A DNA stretch of 64,000 bases from the IMG/VR virus record IMGVR_UViG_3300022666_000111, one strand, 5' to 3'. Origin of the DNA: a virus. Taxonomy: Duplodnaviria > Caudoviricetes. The notes beneath the pieces were generated by a model. The model was not told the origin of the DNA. It did no database searches and saw nothing but the letters and a program-made list of their open reading frames with translations. Both the position numbers and the translations under genes were made by a program. Every line of letters starts with the position of its first letter. Position 1 is the first letter of the stretch. Positions 46,929 through 58,900 of this stretch are shown here, piece by piece.

Positions 46929-49900
46929 TGGCGCGCGGTCCGTTCCAAGGCACTTTCCAGTCAGGCATCCGGCCCACGATCGTGACGGCGCCAGATGCGC
47001 TCGTCTACATCAACGGCGAGCTGGACGTCATGGGGTGCCCGAGCTGCCACCGCAAGTTCAATTTGAGCAAGTACATCACGAGCATCTCGGTTGACTTGTC
47101 CGTTGAAAGCGCCCCAGGATCTGCAAGCATCAACCTTTCAATCCCACACTACGCCCTCGATGACTTCTTCTTCGACGGCGTCCCCGTCATAACCGAGATG
47201 ATGGAGATCGAGATCTTCGGCAAGGGCTACTTCCTCATGGAGGGCTTGCCACAATACTATCCGATCTTCTGGGGGCTCATCACGGAGGTCAATGAGAGCT
47301 ATTCTGGGGGCGAGACGACCATCACGATCCAATGCGCGGACATTCTCAAGTGGTGGGAGCTTTGCCAGATGAACGTTAACGCGGCCTTCACCGTCGCGGC
47401 GGGGCAGATGGGACGTTCGATCTTCGGAAACGTGTTCTACGGCCTCAATCCCTACGACGTCATCTGGTCGCTTGCCCAACAGAGCTTCGGAGACGTCATC
47501 ATTGGTTCGGGGTCTCTTGTCAGCATCAACGTTGACGCCAAACAGAAGACGACCTTTACGAACGCCATGGGCGATATCATGCGGTACTGGAACGAGAGGT
47601 TCAGCCGCATCAGGTCCAACCTTCTGCTCTATGGGACCCAGGGCGTTGCCGTTCGTGGCGACAGCCTCTACGACACCTACCGTGCAAACAAGAACCACAC
47701 GGGACCCTTCGCATCACGCGCCGTGCGTACCGCCAACGGGGGCAACTCCGGGACGCAGATGGTCTTCGATCCGACGGACCCTAACGTCGTAGCGTTCCGC
47801 ACGCAGTTCTCCCAAGCCGGGCAAGTCAACTTCTGGCAGAGCGAATACCAAACCAAGCTCGAGCTTGCCAACGCTGCCAAAGAGGCGATCGGCTACGAAT
47901 TCTACATGGACGTCACGGGCGACATCGTTTTCAAGCCGCCCTTCTACAACCTTGACATCCTCTCCAACAAACCGGTCTCGTGGATTCAAGATATCGACGT
48001 CATCGACTACGACCTCTCCTCTTCCGAAGCCGAGGTCGTGACGCAGGTCGTTCTTCAAGGCAACTTCGGGGGCAACGTTGACTATGGGATGCCCGAGGAG
48101 TGTACGCCCTTCACGTCGGTGACGGACTACCACCTCCTGCGCAAGTATGGCTGGCGCTCCAAGCCCTACAACAGCGAATTCTTGGCCGACCCGATGCTCA
48201 TGTACTACACGGGCCTCGACCTGATCGACCGACTGAATTCGAAGCGGCATCGCGGAACCGTCACGATCCCCTTCCGCCCGGAGCTACGGCTTGGCTTCCC
48301 GGTCTACCTCGCAGGGAAAGACCAGATTTGGTACGTCAGCGGGATCAGCCACAACATCCAATTTGGTGGGCGGGCACAAACGACTCTGACCCTCACGGCC
48401 AAGCGGAGCAAGTTCATCTCTCCCAAGGGCATAGGGCAGCTCAAGATGACCTCCTACGGAAGCCCACAGGCGCAACAGGGCGCCTCCCAAGGGGCTCCCG
48501 ATAAGGGGAAGGGAAACCAGCCCGGGGGAACGGGAGGGGCGCAGCCTACGCCTAATGCAAGCGCTCCCTCAACGTTCGTCGGCTACACCTCCAAGCAGCT
48601 AGCTAAGAACGCCACGTTCAGCCTCAACGTCAGCAATGCTGTGACACTCCCGGCCGAGCCTTTGACCACGGACGCTGGTGCCAATACACCCTACGAGCCC
48701 ATCATCCTACGCCACCCAAAGACCGGGCGCATCATGGGCTACCCCAACGTTGTCATGGTCTACACACGACCCTTCTCGCCTACACCGGATCGTCTGGCAG
48801 AGATCCAGGGGCGCAAGAAGACCGGGACGGACAGGTGGGCTAAGCAGCGCAAGCAGATCTCGTCGGACGGTCCGGGTAACGTGGACGCCATCAACAAGGC
48901 ATCGTCCACGTCGACCGAATCGGACAGGATTCAAGACGAGCACATGACGAATCGCTACTCCTACGGCCTCAATTCAGCCGGGGTGTACATCTATGCCCGG
49001 GATCAAGGGAAAGATGGGGTAGGTGTCGTCAAGGAGATGCTCTTGATCGACAAAGCCCGGGTCAAGGTCACAGGAGAAACGGGGTTCACGGGTTCAACTG
49101 GAATGATCCGGCCCGTCTCTGACGAGCGTGGCTACGAGCTGATTGGGCACTTCCGTTACGGGCGCGGCGCGTCTCTTCGTGATGGGTCGCTCATTCTCAC
49201 GGGCGGCGTGAATGCTCGAGTAGACGTTGGGGTGCAGCTTGCCTTGGCAGGCGACCTTCAATCCTCGCTCATTGCCCAATCCCAGGGGCTTACGAGCGTG
49301 TTCTCGACCTATCCCAGCCCTGCGGACGCTGTAGCCAGGCTCCAACCTGATGACCTTGCCACGGCGGCCGTCATCAATCCAGACACGCTTCAGCCAGAGA
49401 TGGTCAAGACCGGCACCAACTTCGTGGACACTGCCCCATTGGGCTCCCCTGAGCAGAAGGGCGTCCAGGCAAGTGTTGAAGCGTCCCAGCTATCCCGGGC
49501 GCTCACGCTTGCGGAGATGTCGGTCCGGGACATGATGACCCCTGGGATCGATGACAGAAAGTGTAATTGCCTCACGGGGCGTGCCGAGCTGGCCTTCATG
49601 AACGTAGGCTACCAAGTCAAGACGCTCAATGGCGCCACGGCGGACACGTCAGCTCTTCCATCGAGCATCACGGCGGCGGACGAGGCTACCACCGAAGCCG
49701 TGAATTCCAACACACCAATCAGCTCTGCTGCGGTATCGGGGGCTGACCGTGAGGCCCTGATCACGAAGATCGACAGGTTCCTCTTCAATCTTTACTCGGC
49801 CCTCGACTCAACCCACACGGAATACGAGACTGCCATCCGGGGGGACAACCTACCAACCGGACGCGTGGAGGATACCGAGGCGTGGATGTTCGAGAAGCCG

Positions 49901-50275
49901 GTCCAAGAATATGGTAACCTTGAGCCACCCTTCAGCGCACCTAACCGTGACGCTCTAGGCGATCCAGAGGCTACCATGGCTCAATTCGATCAGGCGCGTA
50001 GCGATATCAAGAACCAGTGGAATAGCTTCGGTGAGAAGCTCAAGAGCAGCGCTAAGAAGGCCCAGCTTCAACAGGAGATCGCCAACCTTCAGAAGGAGCT
50101 TTCTTTGAAGGCGCAATCCCGCGCGCAGCTTATCGCTAAGATCGAAAGCGGGGGAGGTAGCGGTGACCTTCAAAAGCAGCTTGACGACCTAGACGCCGCC
50201 ATAGCAAAGCAGCAGCAAGAGCTGGCGCAGAAACAACAAGAGCTAGCCGTGTTGATGGCTGAAGGCGGTGCTTGA
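46928..50275 (+). CDS. Baseplate hub protein (gp27/gp44-like)
   Basis: EFY.DV.GDIVFKPPFYN and RPELRLGFPVY...WYV.GISH motifs. Confidence 0.75.
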   Translation: MARGPFQGTFQSGIRPTIVTAPDALVYINGELDVMGCPSCHRKFNLSKYITSISVDLSVESAPGSASINLSIPHYALDDFFFDGVPVITEMMEIEIFGKGYFLMEGLPQYYPIFWGLITEVNESYSGGETTITIQCADILKWWELCQMNVNAAFTVAAGQMGRSIFGNVFYGLNPYDVIWSLAQQSFGDVIIGSGSLVSINVDAKQKTTFTNAMGDIMRYWNERFSRIRSNLLLYGTQGVAVRGDSLYDTYRANKNHTGPFASRAVRTANGGNSGTQMVFDPTDPNVVAFRTQFSQAGQVNFWQSEYQTKLELANAAKEAIGYEFYMDVTGDIVFKPPFYNLDILSNKPVSWIQDIDVIDYDLSSSEAEVVTQVVLQGNFGGNVDYGMPEECTPFTSVTDYHLLRKYGWRSKPYNSEFLADPMLMYYTGLDLIDRLNSKRHRGTVTIPFRPELRLGFPVYLAGKDQIWYVSGISHNIQFGGRAQTTLTLTAKRSKFISPKGIGQLKMTSYGSPQAQQGASQGAPDKGKGNQPGGTGGAQPTPNASAPSTFVGYTSKQLAKNATFSLNVSNAVTLPAEPLTTDAGANTPYEPIILRHPKTGRIMGYPNVVMVYTRPFSPTPDRLAEIQGRKKTGTDRWAKQRKQISSDGPGNVDAINKASSTSTESDRIQDEHMTNRYSYGLNSAGVYIYARDQGKDGVGVVKEMLLIDKARVKVTGETGFTGSTGMIRPVSDERGYELIGHFRYGRGASLRDGSLILTGGVNARVDVGVQLALAGDLQSSLIAQSQGLTSVFSTYPSPADAVARLQPDDLATAAVINPDTLQPEMVKTGTNFVDTAPLGSPEQKGVQASVEASQLSRALTLAEMSVRDMMTPGIDDRKCNCLTGRAELAFMNVGYQVKTLNGATADTSALPSSITAADEATTEAVNSNTPISSAAVSGADREALITKIDRFLFNLYSALDSTHTEYETAIRGDNLPTGRVEDTEAWMFEKPVQEYGNLEPPFSAPNRDALGDPEATMAQFDQARSDIKNQWNSFGEKLKSSAKKAQLQQEIANLQKELSLKAQSRAQLIAKIESGGGSGDLQKQLDDLDAAIAKQQQELAQKQQELAVLMAEGGA

Positions 50276-52422
50276 TGCCTCCGAAGACCCCTGCCCACCC
50301 CGTAGGCGCCGTCCCCCTCGATGACTTCACGGATCCCCTGGGCATCAAGGTTGGGCAAATCACCCGTGTGGACGAGATCATGCTCAAGGCCGACGTCAAG
50401 GTCATCACGGGCGGTGGAGACCGCTTCGAGATCGATCTTACGCAAGCCATGGCAGGCCCCCGCAGCTTCTGGGGCGGTATCCCCGAAAAGGACTCCCTGG
50501 TCATCCTCGGCTACCGGAAGAAGCACCGCAAGGTCTACGAGGCAGTCATACTTGGCTACCTCCCCGTAGGAGCACGCTCCGGCATCCGATTCGATCCCTT
50601 CTCCCCTACGAGCCCCGCCGAGGTGACGGCTGACAGCGCCGCCGAGGTTCAAAGGGTCATGGGGAGCATCAAACGGATGAAGCGCCTCATGCTCCGGCCC
50701 GGGGACGCCGGGGGTATGTCTTCAAGAGGAGCCGAATTTGCCCTCACAGCAGACGTCCGGATGTGCAACCGCGCTGGAGACGCCATCGAGCTGCGTGATA
50801 CCGACCGCACCCTCATAACTCAATCCATCCACCGGGTCGATAGCGTCTCTGGCGTCCGCTCTATCACAGGCCCAATCCGGCGCGGCGACTACTGGCTCCC
50901 CCCTGACGTCTTCCAAACCGGGACGCGTGTGCTCCGGTCACCTACAGATGGTTACTACGGGAAAGACGAGATTCAAGCCTCTGGCCCTACCGATTCAAGG
51001 TTTGCGGATAGTACCGGAAAGGTCCTGGACGTCTTCAACAACGAGACGGAGTATCCGTCTTGCACGTACGGCAATGGCAAGCAGGTGCATTACCCTGGGA
51101 CGATGCCCTACACGTCTCCTGAAAGCGAAGAAGGCGCCGGGTCCAGGGTCTACGTGGAGCAGCGTCTCGAGCTATCCCACACCAGCGACTTGACGCAAGA
51201 GGTCCTGGGTGAGATCGACGGGTATGCGGTCGATCGCTTTGAGCCGTACATCGAGCACGTCTTGGGGACCGTCGTGGGCAACATGACCATGTCGTCCATG
51301 GGGCAGCGTCAGTACGGGCGCGTCTTGATGCCGATCCTCTTTGACGACTTCTGGCAGACCTCCCCCAGCATGTTTCGAATGGAAGAGGTTGACCGTTCGC
51401 CGACCAAGGCTGACCTCGAGGTAGATACCACGGCAGCCGCCCACTACTTGCGCATTCGAAGCCCTCGCGCCTTCGACAAGAACTACTATTCGATGGCGGT
51501 TTCGAAGCAAGGCAAGCTCTTCCTCAACCTTCCAGGGTCAACGGTTGAGCGCGGGGGCGTCAAGAATATCTCCGCCGAGATTCAGACGGCCGGTGCCATC
51601 AAGGCTATTCTTGGGGCAGCGGCTCCGAATAACGTCTCCCTCAACGTCGTAGGCTCCGGGGGAGCCGTCTTGCAGCTTGGGACGGACTCTGAGGGCAACA
51701 GCCTCACGATCATCCATTCCGGGGCGATCAAGTTCAAGCACGTAGGGGGATCGGCCAACGATGACAACGTCGCGATCTCCGAAGAGATTGACGGCAACAA
51801 GGAGACCGTCATCAACGGGACGCATACCGAGCAGGTTGAAGGCACCAAGACCTCCACGACATCCGGGCAGCACCAAATCAAGGCCGACCGCATAACGATG
51901 CAGGGCTTCAGCGGGTACACGCTCAACGCGGGGGAGATGAATACCCTCATCAGTGGGAAGAGCCAGTACAACTACGCGCTTGCCGTCCTCGAGAACATCG
52001 TAGCGGGCGGCAAGATCACGACGGTCTTGGCCGGTGGGCTCATTGAGAACATTGCCGCAGGCGGTAAGACGACGACCGTCCTCGGAGGTGCTATGGCGAC
52101 CACCGTGGCAGCCGGTGCCTACACCCTCCAAGTGGGGACCGGCGCTATCACAATCACGACGGGCGCAGGTGCTATCGCGATCTCGACCGCAGCGGGGGCT
52201 GTCAGCATCGCGGCTACCTTGGCTGTGAGCATCGCCGGGCTAGCTGTGTCCATCACGGCCGGGACCATGATTGCCCTCAACGCTCCTCAAGTCATGCTAG
52301 GCATGGCCGCAGCTCCCTATGGTGTTGCTCGGGGGCTCCCTATGATGTCCCCGGCGATGCCCTCGCTTTGCTGGATCACGGGACGCCCGCTCATGGGCTC
52401 ACTTCTCGTGAGGTCCATCTAA
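50275..52422 (+). CDS. Baseplate central spike (gp5/VgrG-like OB fold plus beta-helix)
   Basis: N-terminal G.ITRVD...GGIPE.DS.VILG; C-terminal G....T...G beta repeats. Confidence 0.75.
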   Translation: MPPKTPAHPVGAVPLDDFTDPLGIKVGQITRVDEIMLKADVKVITGGGDRFEIDLTQAMAGPRSFWGGIPEKDSLVILGYRKKHRKVYEAVILGYLPVGARSGIRFDPFSPTSPAEVTADSAAEVQRVMGSIKRMKRLMLRPGDAGGMSSRGAEFALTADVRMCNRAGDAIELRDTDRTLITQSIHRVDSVSGVRSITGPIRRGDYWLPPDVFQTGTRVLRSPTDGYYGKDEIQASGPTDSRFADSTGKVLDVFNNETEYPSCTYGNGKQVHYPGTMPYTSPESEEGAGSRVYVEQRLELSHTSDLTQEVLGEIDGYAVDRFEPYIEHVLGTVVGNMTMSSMGQRQYGRVLMPILFDDFWQTSPSMFRMEEVDRSPTKADLEVDTTAAAHYLRIRSPRAFDKNYYSMAVSKQGKLFLNLPGSTVERGGVKNISAEIQTAGAIKAILGAAAPNNVSLNVVGSGGAVLQLGTDSEGNSLTIIHSGAIKFKHVGGSANDDNVAISEEIDGNKETVINGTHTEQVEGTKTSTTSGQHQIKADRITMQGFSGYTLNAGEMNTLISGKSQYNYALAVLENIVAGGKITTVLAGGLIENIAAGGKTTTVLGGAMATTVAAGAYTLQVGTGAITITTGAGAIAISTAAGAVSIAATLAVSIAGLAVSITAGTMIALNAPQVMLGMAAAPYGVARGLPMMSPAMPSLCWITGRPLMGSLLVRSI

Positions 52423-52991
52423 TGCCCTTCACACCCGTTGGCGCCGCAGGGGTTGTGACACCAGCTCTTCTGGCTACGGGTATGCTGGGGCTGGGAACGC
52501 CGAACTTCGCCCTCGGCGTTTCGATCGGGACCTCGAAGTGGCTGCTATCCCTCACGGTCACGACCATTGACTCAGGATCCCTCGGGGTCGGGTCGGGGCA
52601 GCTCCCGCTCATTGTTCCACAGCCCCTCCTGCTGGCCAACATTGCGGCAGCCTTCGCGGCAACGGGGAACGTTGGAATCATGATGCCACTCAAGGCTCTC
52701 GGCCTTGCCACAGGGCTATCCACGGCCTTCTTGCAGGCCATCATCAAGACAACGCACCCCGGTATCGGATCCGGTGTAGGTGTAGCTCGGTTCAGTCCCG
52801 TTCCCGCCGCCCCTATGATCATCGCCGGACTTGCAGAGGTCGGTATGGTCGGGCAAGGTGTTACAACCATCGCTACCGCCATCGGGATGGGGCTCAACCA
52901 AACTTTCGCGACTCTAATGATACCGATCCCGATAGTCGGGTCGGCTTCACCTGCCGCTGGCGCAGGCACGGGATTTGGGAAGGTGATTTGA
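52422..52991 (+). CDS. Hydrophobic Gly-rich protein, putative spike-tip/baseplate component
   Basis: TAATG coupling to spike; very few charged residues; two internal repeats. Confidence 0.6.
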   Translation: MPFTPVGAAGVVTPALLATGMLGLGTPNFALGVSIGTSKWLLSLTVTTIDSGSLGVGSGQLPLIVPQPLLLANIAAAFAATGNVGIMMPLKALGLATGLSTAFLQAIIKTTHPGIGSGVGVARFSPVPAAPMIIAGLAEVGMVGQGVTTIATAIGMGLNQTFATLMIPIPIVGSASPAAGAGTGFGKVI

Positions 52992-52992
52992 C

Positions 52993-55900
52993 ATGGCATT
53001 CAGCATCAGCGGCTACATCCTCGAGAAGCCCCGTGTTGGGACCGCCAACAACACGTACACGGCGACCCCCGATAACCGCATCACTGATTGGACCGCCTGG
53101 AATGCCGCCTACCCCGCCACCGAGATCAATCCGAATGACGACTACCTCGTACTTGTGACCACCGAGGGAAATGTCACAACCTCACGGTTCGGTTGGACTA
53201 AGAACGAGACGGTTCGTCGCTTTGACTTCATGGGAAGGACGCAGCGCTACGATCTGCTCAAGGGGACCTCACCCGACGCCGTAGGAACCGTAGGGTTGGA
53301 TTCCAACACAAACCGCCTCAAGATCTCGCCGCCTGTTTCAGACGACCTCATCCACTATCCCCTGCGAGTGTCTGTCACGGCCCCTGGAGATAGCGGCATC
53401 ACTCTACGCCCAACAGTCGTCCCCGATGAGGCGCACTTCTCGGACCCGGGATCAGGCTACATTCAAATTGCCGAGGACACCGGGACGATCAACTGGCATC
53501 CAGCGGACCTTACCTACTACGCTGGGCGCAGCGTCGCGTGTCAGCGCCAAGGCTTCCAAACGAATAGCTCGGGCCTTTTGGGGGTACCCTCGGACGTTCT
53601 GCTGCTATCCCCTATCCCAGCATCAGGGCAGGTGCCGCAGATTCGCTTGGGGTTTGACCTACCTCTCACCGCCATCGAGCGCGCCAATGAGACGGCCTTC
53701 TCGAGTGACCCCGCCCCGGGGACCGTTGAATGGGCGGCCAACACAGGGCGCCTCAAGCTCAACTCTGCCGCAACGAAGGCGGTCTACTACGACGGCGTGC
53801 TCATGCAGACAGGGCTGGCTATCCCAACCCGCAGCCTTGGAACGGTCGCGACACCCTCTGCCCTATGGCCGCTCCCATCCGAAGGTGGCGACGTCGTCTT
53901 CGTTGCAACATCCGGAACGCAACGCAAGCAATTCGGAACGACCATCTTCGTTGACAGCTTCACCACGGTCGATCGTGGATCCGTCCAGATTCGCCGGTCC
54001 GATGGCGCCTTGGCCTTCTCCGTCGCAGACGCGGCGGTCTACGGCACATGGACTCTCACGGCGTATGTCTGCGATCTCCCCATCGAGCACGGTGTTTCCC
54101 TCCGGCTCTTTCGGTGCCCCGTCAACCCCGATGCCTCCAACCCTGATATCCCTGACTTCCGGCTCATCTATCCCGCCGAGAAGGAAACACTCACCGGATC
54201 CGTCGTAGGCGCCCCCTTCGTGTTCCTCCCAGCTACGCCTCTCGAAACCTACCCCATGCAGGTCTACGTCACGCAAGGGACCGGGAGCTACACAAGCGAT
54301 GACTTCCCCAACCTTGAGACCTACAGTGTCCTAGCTCCCCGCACTTACGGTTACATCCTGGACTACACTGAGGGGCAGCTCAAGTTCGCACAACGGCGGC
54401 TTCAGTACGTCATCGATCGTGCGTTGCCGGGTAGCTCGGCGCAGCTTCCGGACACGTACATCCAAACGACGGGGCTACTTCTCGAGCTTGAAACGCTCAT
54501 CCCGGGGACTTGGGCGACGCTTGACCTCACGTCGGACGCCTTCATTGAGCCGCTATCCGGGGTGGTCTTTTTCACAAGGACCACCGGGACCTTGAGGGCT
54601 TCCGGAACCAATGGCTCCATTACGGGCACGACCTTCACGGACCCCACCAAGGACTTCACGACCTTTGCGCAGCCGGGGGACCTCGTTGTCATCACCAGTG
54701 AGACAAGCCCTGGGACGGTCAAGGGGGTCTACACGATCTCGCTCATCATGAGTACGGTAAGCGTCCGGCTTGACGTTGAGGGGTTCGACTCCGGCCCGCT
54801 AACCTATGAGGTTCGGCGTGGCACTGAGATCCTCGCCGACCGTTACTTCCAAGAGGCTGTGCTTCAGGATCCCAATACCAAGGTGGAGCGCATCCTCCCC
54901 TTGGGCACCATCACGAACAGCCCACGGCTCACGGTCCCCACCGCATGGGTCTCCAAGTTTCGGATTCGTTATGGACGGTCTCCTTTCTCGACCACGCCGG
55001 TTTTGGTGACGACCTTCTCGTCGCCATCTGCCATCCCCGCAGGGTCATTGGAAGTCAATGCCGCTGGGGAGCTTAACTTCGCCCAAGATGACGTGGACAC
55101 TGGGGAGACGGTCTATTGGGCCAGGAGCCTCACACCCGGCGTCGACTACAAGCTCACGGCGCCTCTTGGGTTCTTTGAATTCACGGACCGCTTCATGTCG
55201 GATGAAGAAGGCCGCGTTGAGTACGTCTCCGTCAACACCGACACGGGGGAAACGACCTCCGTGGTCGAACCGATGACTTTTCTCATCCGCAAAGAGCTGG
55301 CGCAGCCCAGGACGGTCGTCACGGACACCGTCTTGTTCAACCCATCGGGGCGCAATATAGCCCCTGACCCGGCCCCGGCCGTTTTTCGGGGTGGGCGTCC
55401 CCAGACGACTTCGCAGTACAGCCTCGACTTGCTCACGTCAACCTGCACATTCCTCCCCGATCTTCACGTCGATGGGCTTCTGCCTCACGGCAACAAGGTA
55501 GCTCCAGACGAATCGATCTACATTGACTACTACGTCCTGGGGGCCGTTGGGGGTGAGAAGACCATCACAGTGCTTCAGCCCCCGATGTCGGTCGTCACCG
55601 TAGTCTTTGATGAGGACGCATCGTCCTTCCAGCTTGCGGGGGATTGGACCGCAACCTTCAAGCCGGACTACCTTCTCCTCATCGAGACCTCTGAGGTTCA
55701 CTTCATCGAATCCGTCACGTATTCGGGTGGGGTGACAACGGTCACGCTCAATCCAAACGACACGTTCCAAGCGAAGTGGACCTCACCGAAGCTCTTCATG
55801 CCTTCGGGGGCGACGCCGATTTCTACCTACTTCGTGCCGGAGATTCACACGTTCGAGGCTTCCCCCCGAGGCGTCAACAAGCTCAAGTTCACGGGGGACC

Positions 55901-58900
55901 TCCGAGACTTCTATCAAAAGGGCGTGGTCATTCGGTTTGACTACGCCACGGGTCAAGTGAGCTACGCGATCGTGCAGGGAGCGAAGTACGATGAGACCCT
56001 GGATGTGACCGAGCTGACCTTGGGGACGAACCTCCTTCGACAATGCACGGCGTCAAGCGTGACGCTTCGGCGTACTGTGCGCCCCATTCTTGAAGCTACC
56101 GCGACAACTGCCAAGACGAAGATGGACCCCGTGGCACCGATCGCGCCGCAGGCTGTGCAAAGCGTGCTTGTCTATTCGCGTGTTGAGGGTGAGCGCGGCA
56201 TCATCCTTTCAACGGACACCTCGCCACGCTACAGCATGGATACCACGGGACAAGTGACCTTTGAGAGCCCGCTCTCCCCCAAGCAGTCCTGGAACATCAT
56301 CTACACGGGCTACAATACCATTGAAGAGGGCCGCCGTCTTCGAGCGACCTACACGTCGATCATCACGCCGGACGACTCCAACGGGCTGCTCGGGCAAGGG
56401 GTCCTCATGGACTACAGCCTCGCCTCCCCCGACACGTTCTACTACCGCGTCGTCAAGATGACGGACTACCAGGCAGAGCTTGTTGCGGACTACACGAAAG
56501 AAGCCAAGAACAGCGTCCCCTCCAGTGGCCCTATGCTTTCCAACGTGGGCGCCACGCAGCTTCAAGACCAAGGGTCGCCATCGGTCTATTACCCAGAGGG
56601 GGACTACGCCAACCAGGACTTCGTTGGGCGGATCGTTCTCAAGTGGTACAACGACGCGGTCAATCTCCTCGAGGACGTCCTGCAAAACATGGACGGGCGT
56701 ATCGTGGGGTCTCAAGATGGACGCATCCGTTTTGACGGAAACGCGGACAATCCCAAACGGCCAACCAACCCCACGCTCCCCTTGGATTGGTCAACGGTCA
56801 CCAACCAGATCGACGACCTCATCAAGGTTTCGGATTCGCCTTACAGCATCTCGTTCGCCTTCCCCAACTTCAGCATGACGGCTCTGGGCACGTATCTCCA
56901 TGCTTACGAGGCGTCTACGTGGAGCCGCTTCTATCCGACCTGGCGTCGCCGTTATGGGGTGGTCGCCCCCGGCGTGGAAACAGGGGACCCTGTCATGGAC
57001 ACAGGCTCCAAGGGTATCACCGGGGTCTACAACCTTCGGACCCGCTTGGCTTGGGCTGTGACAACATACCCCACAGCAGCCGGGGCAGCCTCCCTCACAG
57101 TAGACAATGCCCAAGGCTCAGCCGATAACGTACGGCCGCCCTTCAAGGTCGGGATGGAGATCGTCGTTCAAGCCCGTGATGGCACCATCCTCATCGCCGA
57201 GAGCGATCACGTGTCCGTTGTAGGTGTTGCAGCCACATCTCTGACCTTGAGCGGAACACTGCCGACTGCTGCTGCCGTTGGGACGACGGTCTATCGTTCC
57301 ACGCAATGCCCGTTCGGTGCGGGCACAGCAGACGCCATCGCGACCTACTTGGCGGGGCGCGACTTTGCCTTCAATGGTGAGACGGGGCAGATTCTCTACG
57401 TCAAGCCCTTCCCACCGTTTGACGGGAGCCTCACGCCGCCCGTTCCGGCAGAGCTTCAAGCCAAGCCTCTCCCCGCAGGGGCTACGCTATCGTGTGAAGT
57501 CACCCTCAACAACCAGCTCACCGCACCCGAGAAGATCCCGGCCCTCTACGGAGGCACTACCGATGACGACGGTGAGATCCTCTTCCCCGTCTTGAGCCCC
57601 TCTCCCGGCTGTGAGCTTGGCGCGGGCTACCTCGGCAACGACCCCAACTACGTTCAAGATGTGCGTGATGTCACTACATCGGAAGTCACACGGACGGGGT
57701 CTTTGGATGTGACGCGCACGATCATCACGGTCACGGCGCCTCTTCCGGTGACGCCCAAGGTCTACGACCTCGTTCGCATTCTGGATGGGCTCAATGGTCC
57801 CTCGGACTTCTACGAGGTTGTGTCAGCGACGCCTACGACCATCACGGTGGGGCTGCCCTTCCTTCACGCCGACACGGGGTTCACCGTAGAGGTAGTCGCC
57901 CCAAGCTCGCTCGTGACGGGTTCGGGGACGATCACGTTGACGGACACCCTGACGGACTTGGCGGCGACCTTCCAGACGGCTGGGGTTCAACCGGGGCATA
58001 CCCTTGTGATCACGACGGGGGCCTCGGCAGGGCGGCGGCTTCAAGTCACGCAGGTTGTGAGCCAGACAGTCTTGCGGTTCTCGACGGCTGCAACCAATGG
58101 CGTTGTGACCTCCTACAGGGTCATCAACCCGCTGGCGTCATTCGGATCGCACGCAGGCTCGGGGACGGCCTTGGACACCCTTGTGGGGGCGAACACGGGG
58201 CTCCTCGGGGTCATCTTGACCAATACGACGCCGATGCTTTCCGAAAACGGCGCCCTGGAAGCCTTCATCGACCTGGTCTTCACCTACGTAGGGGCTGGGA
58301 CCGGAGGCATGTCGGGGACGACGCTGACGGATCCCGGGGCAACCTTTGAGACCTCGGGGGTTTCTTCTGGGGACGTGGTTTACATCCGCACGGGGGGCAA
58401 CGCGGGATTCTACGAGGTGGCCTCGGTGACAAGCGAGACCGTCTTGGAGGTTACGACCGCCTTCCCCGCTGCTTCCGGGGCCTATCAGGTGGGGTCGATC
58501 TTCGGGGTCCGGATTGAAACCTTGCAGCTTTTGATGGCTGTGCTGCTGGCCAACGACGCCTTCGTGGCAACCGCTCAAGCCTTCGAAGTACTTCTGACAA
58601 CGAGCGTCCCGGTGGTTACGACAGCCGGATTGATCGACCCTACGGCCTTCGCGAGGGCGACCTTGGCGGATGACCTTGACGCAAGGGATACGGCAACGCT
58701 TGCTCGGGTGGCAGCTTTGACGAATCCATCTGGGCCAATGGCTACTATCGTAAGCGTCCTCTCTTCAGGGGACCGCTTGTACGATCGGAGATACACATGG
58801 ATCGACTCGAGAATCAATCTGATGAACGGAACGAGGGTGCGGTGGGCTCGAGCGATCCTGGAGCGATCCCGGCTACTAGCGGAGAGCCTGAGCGCAATGA

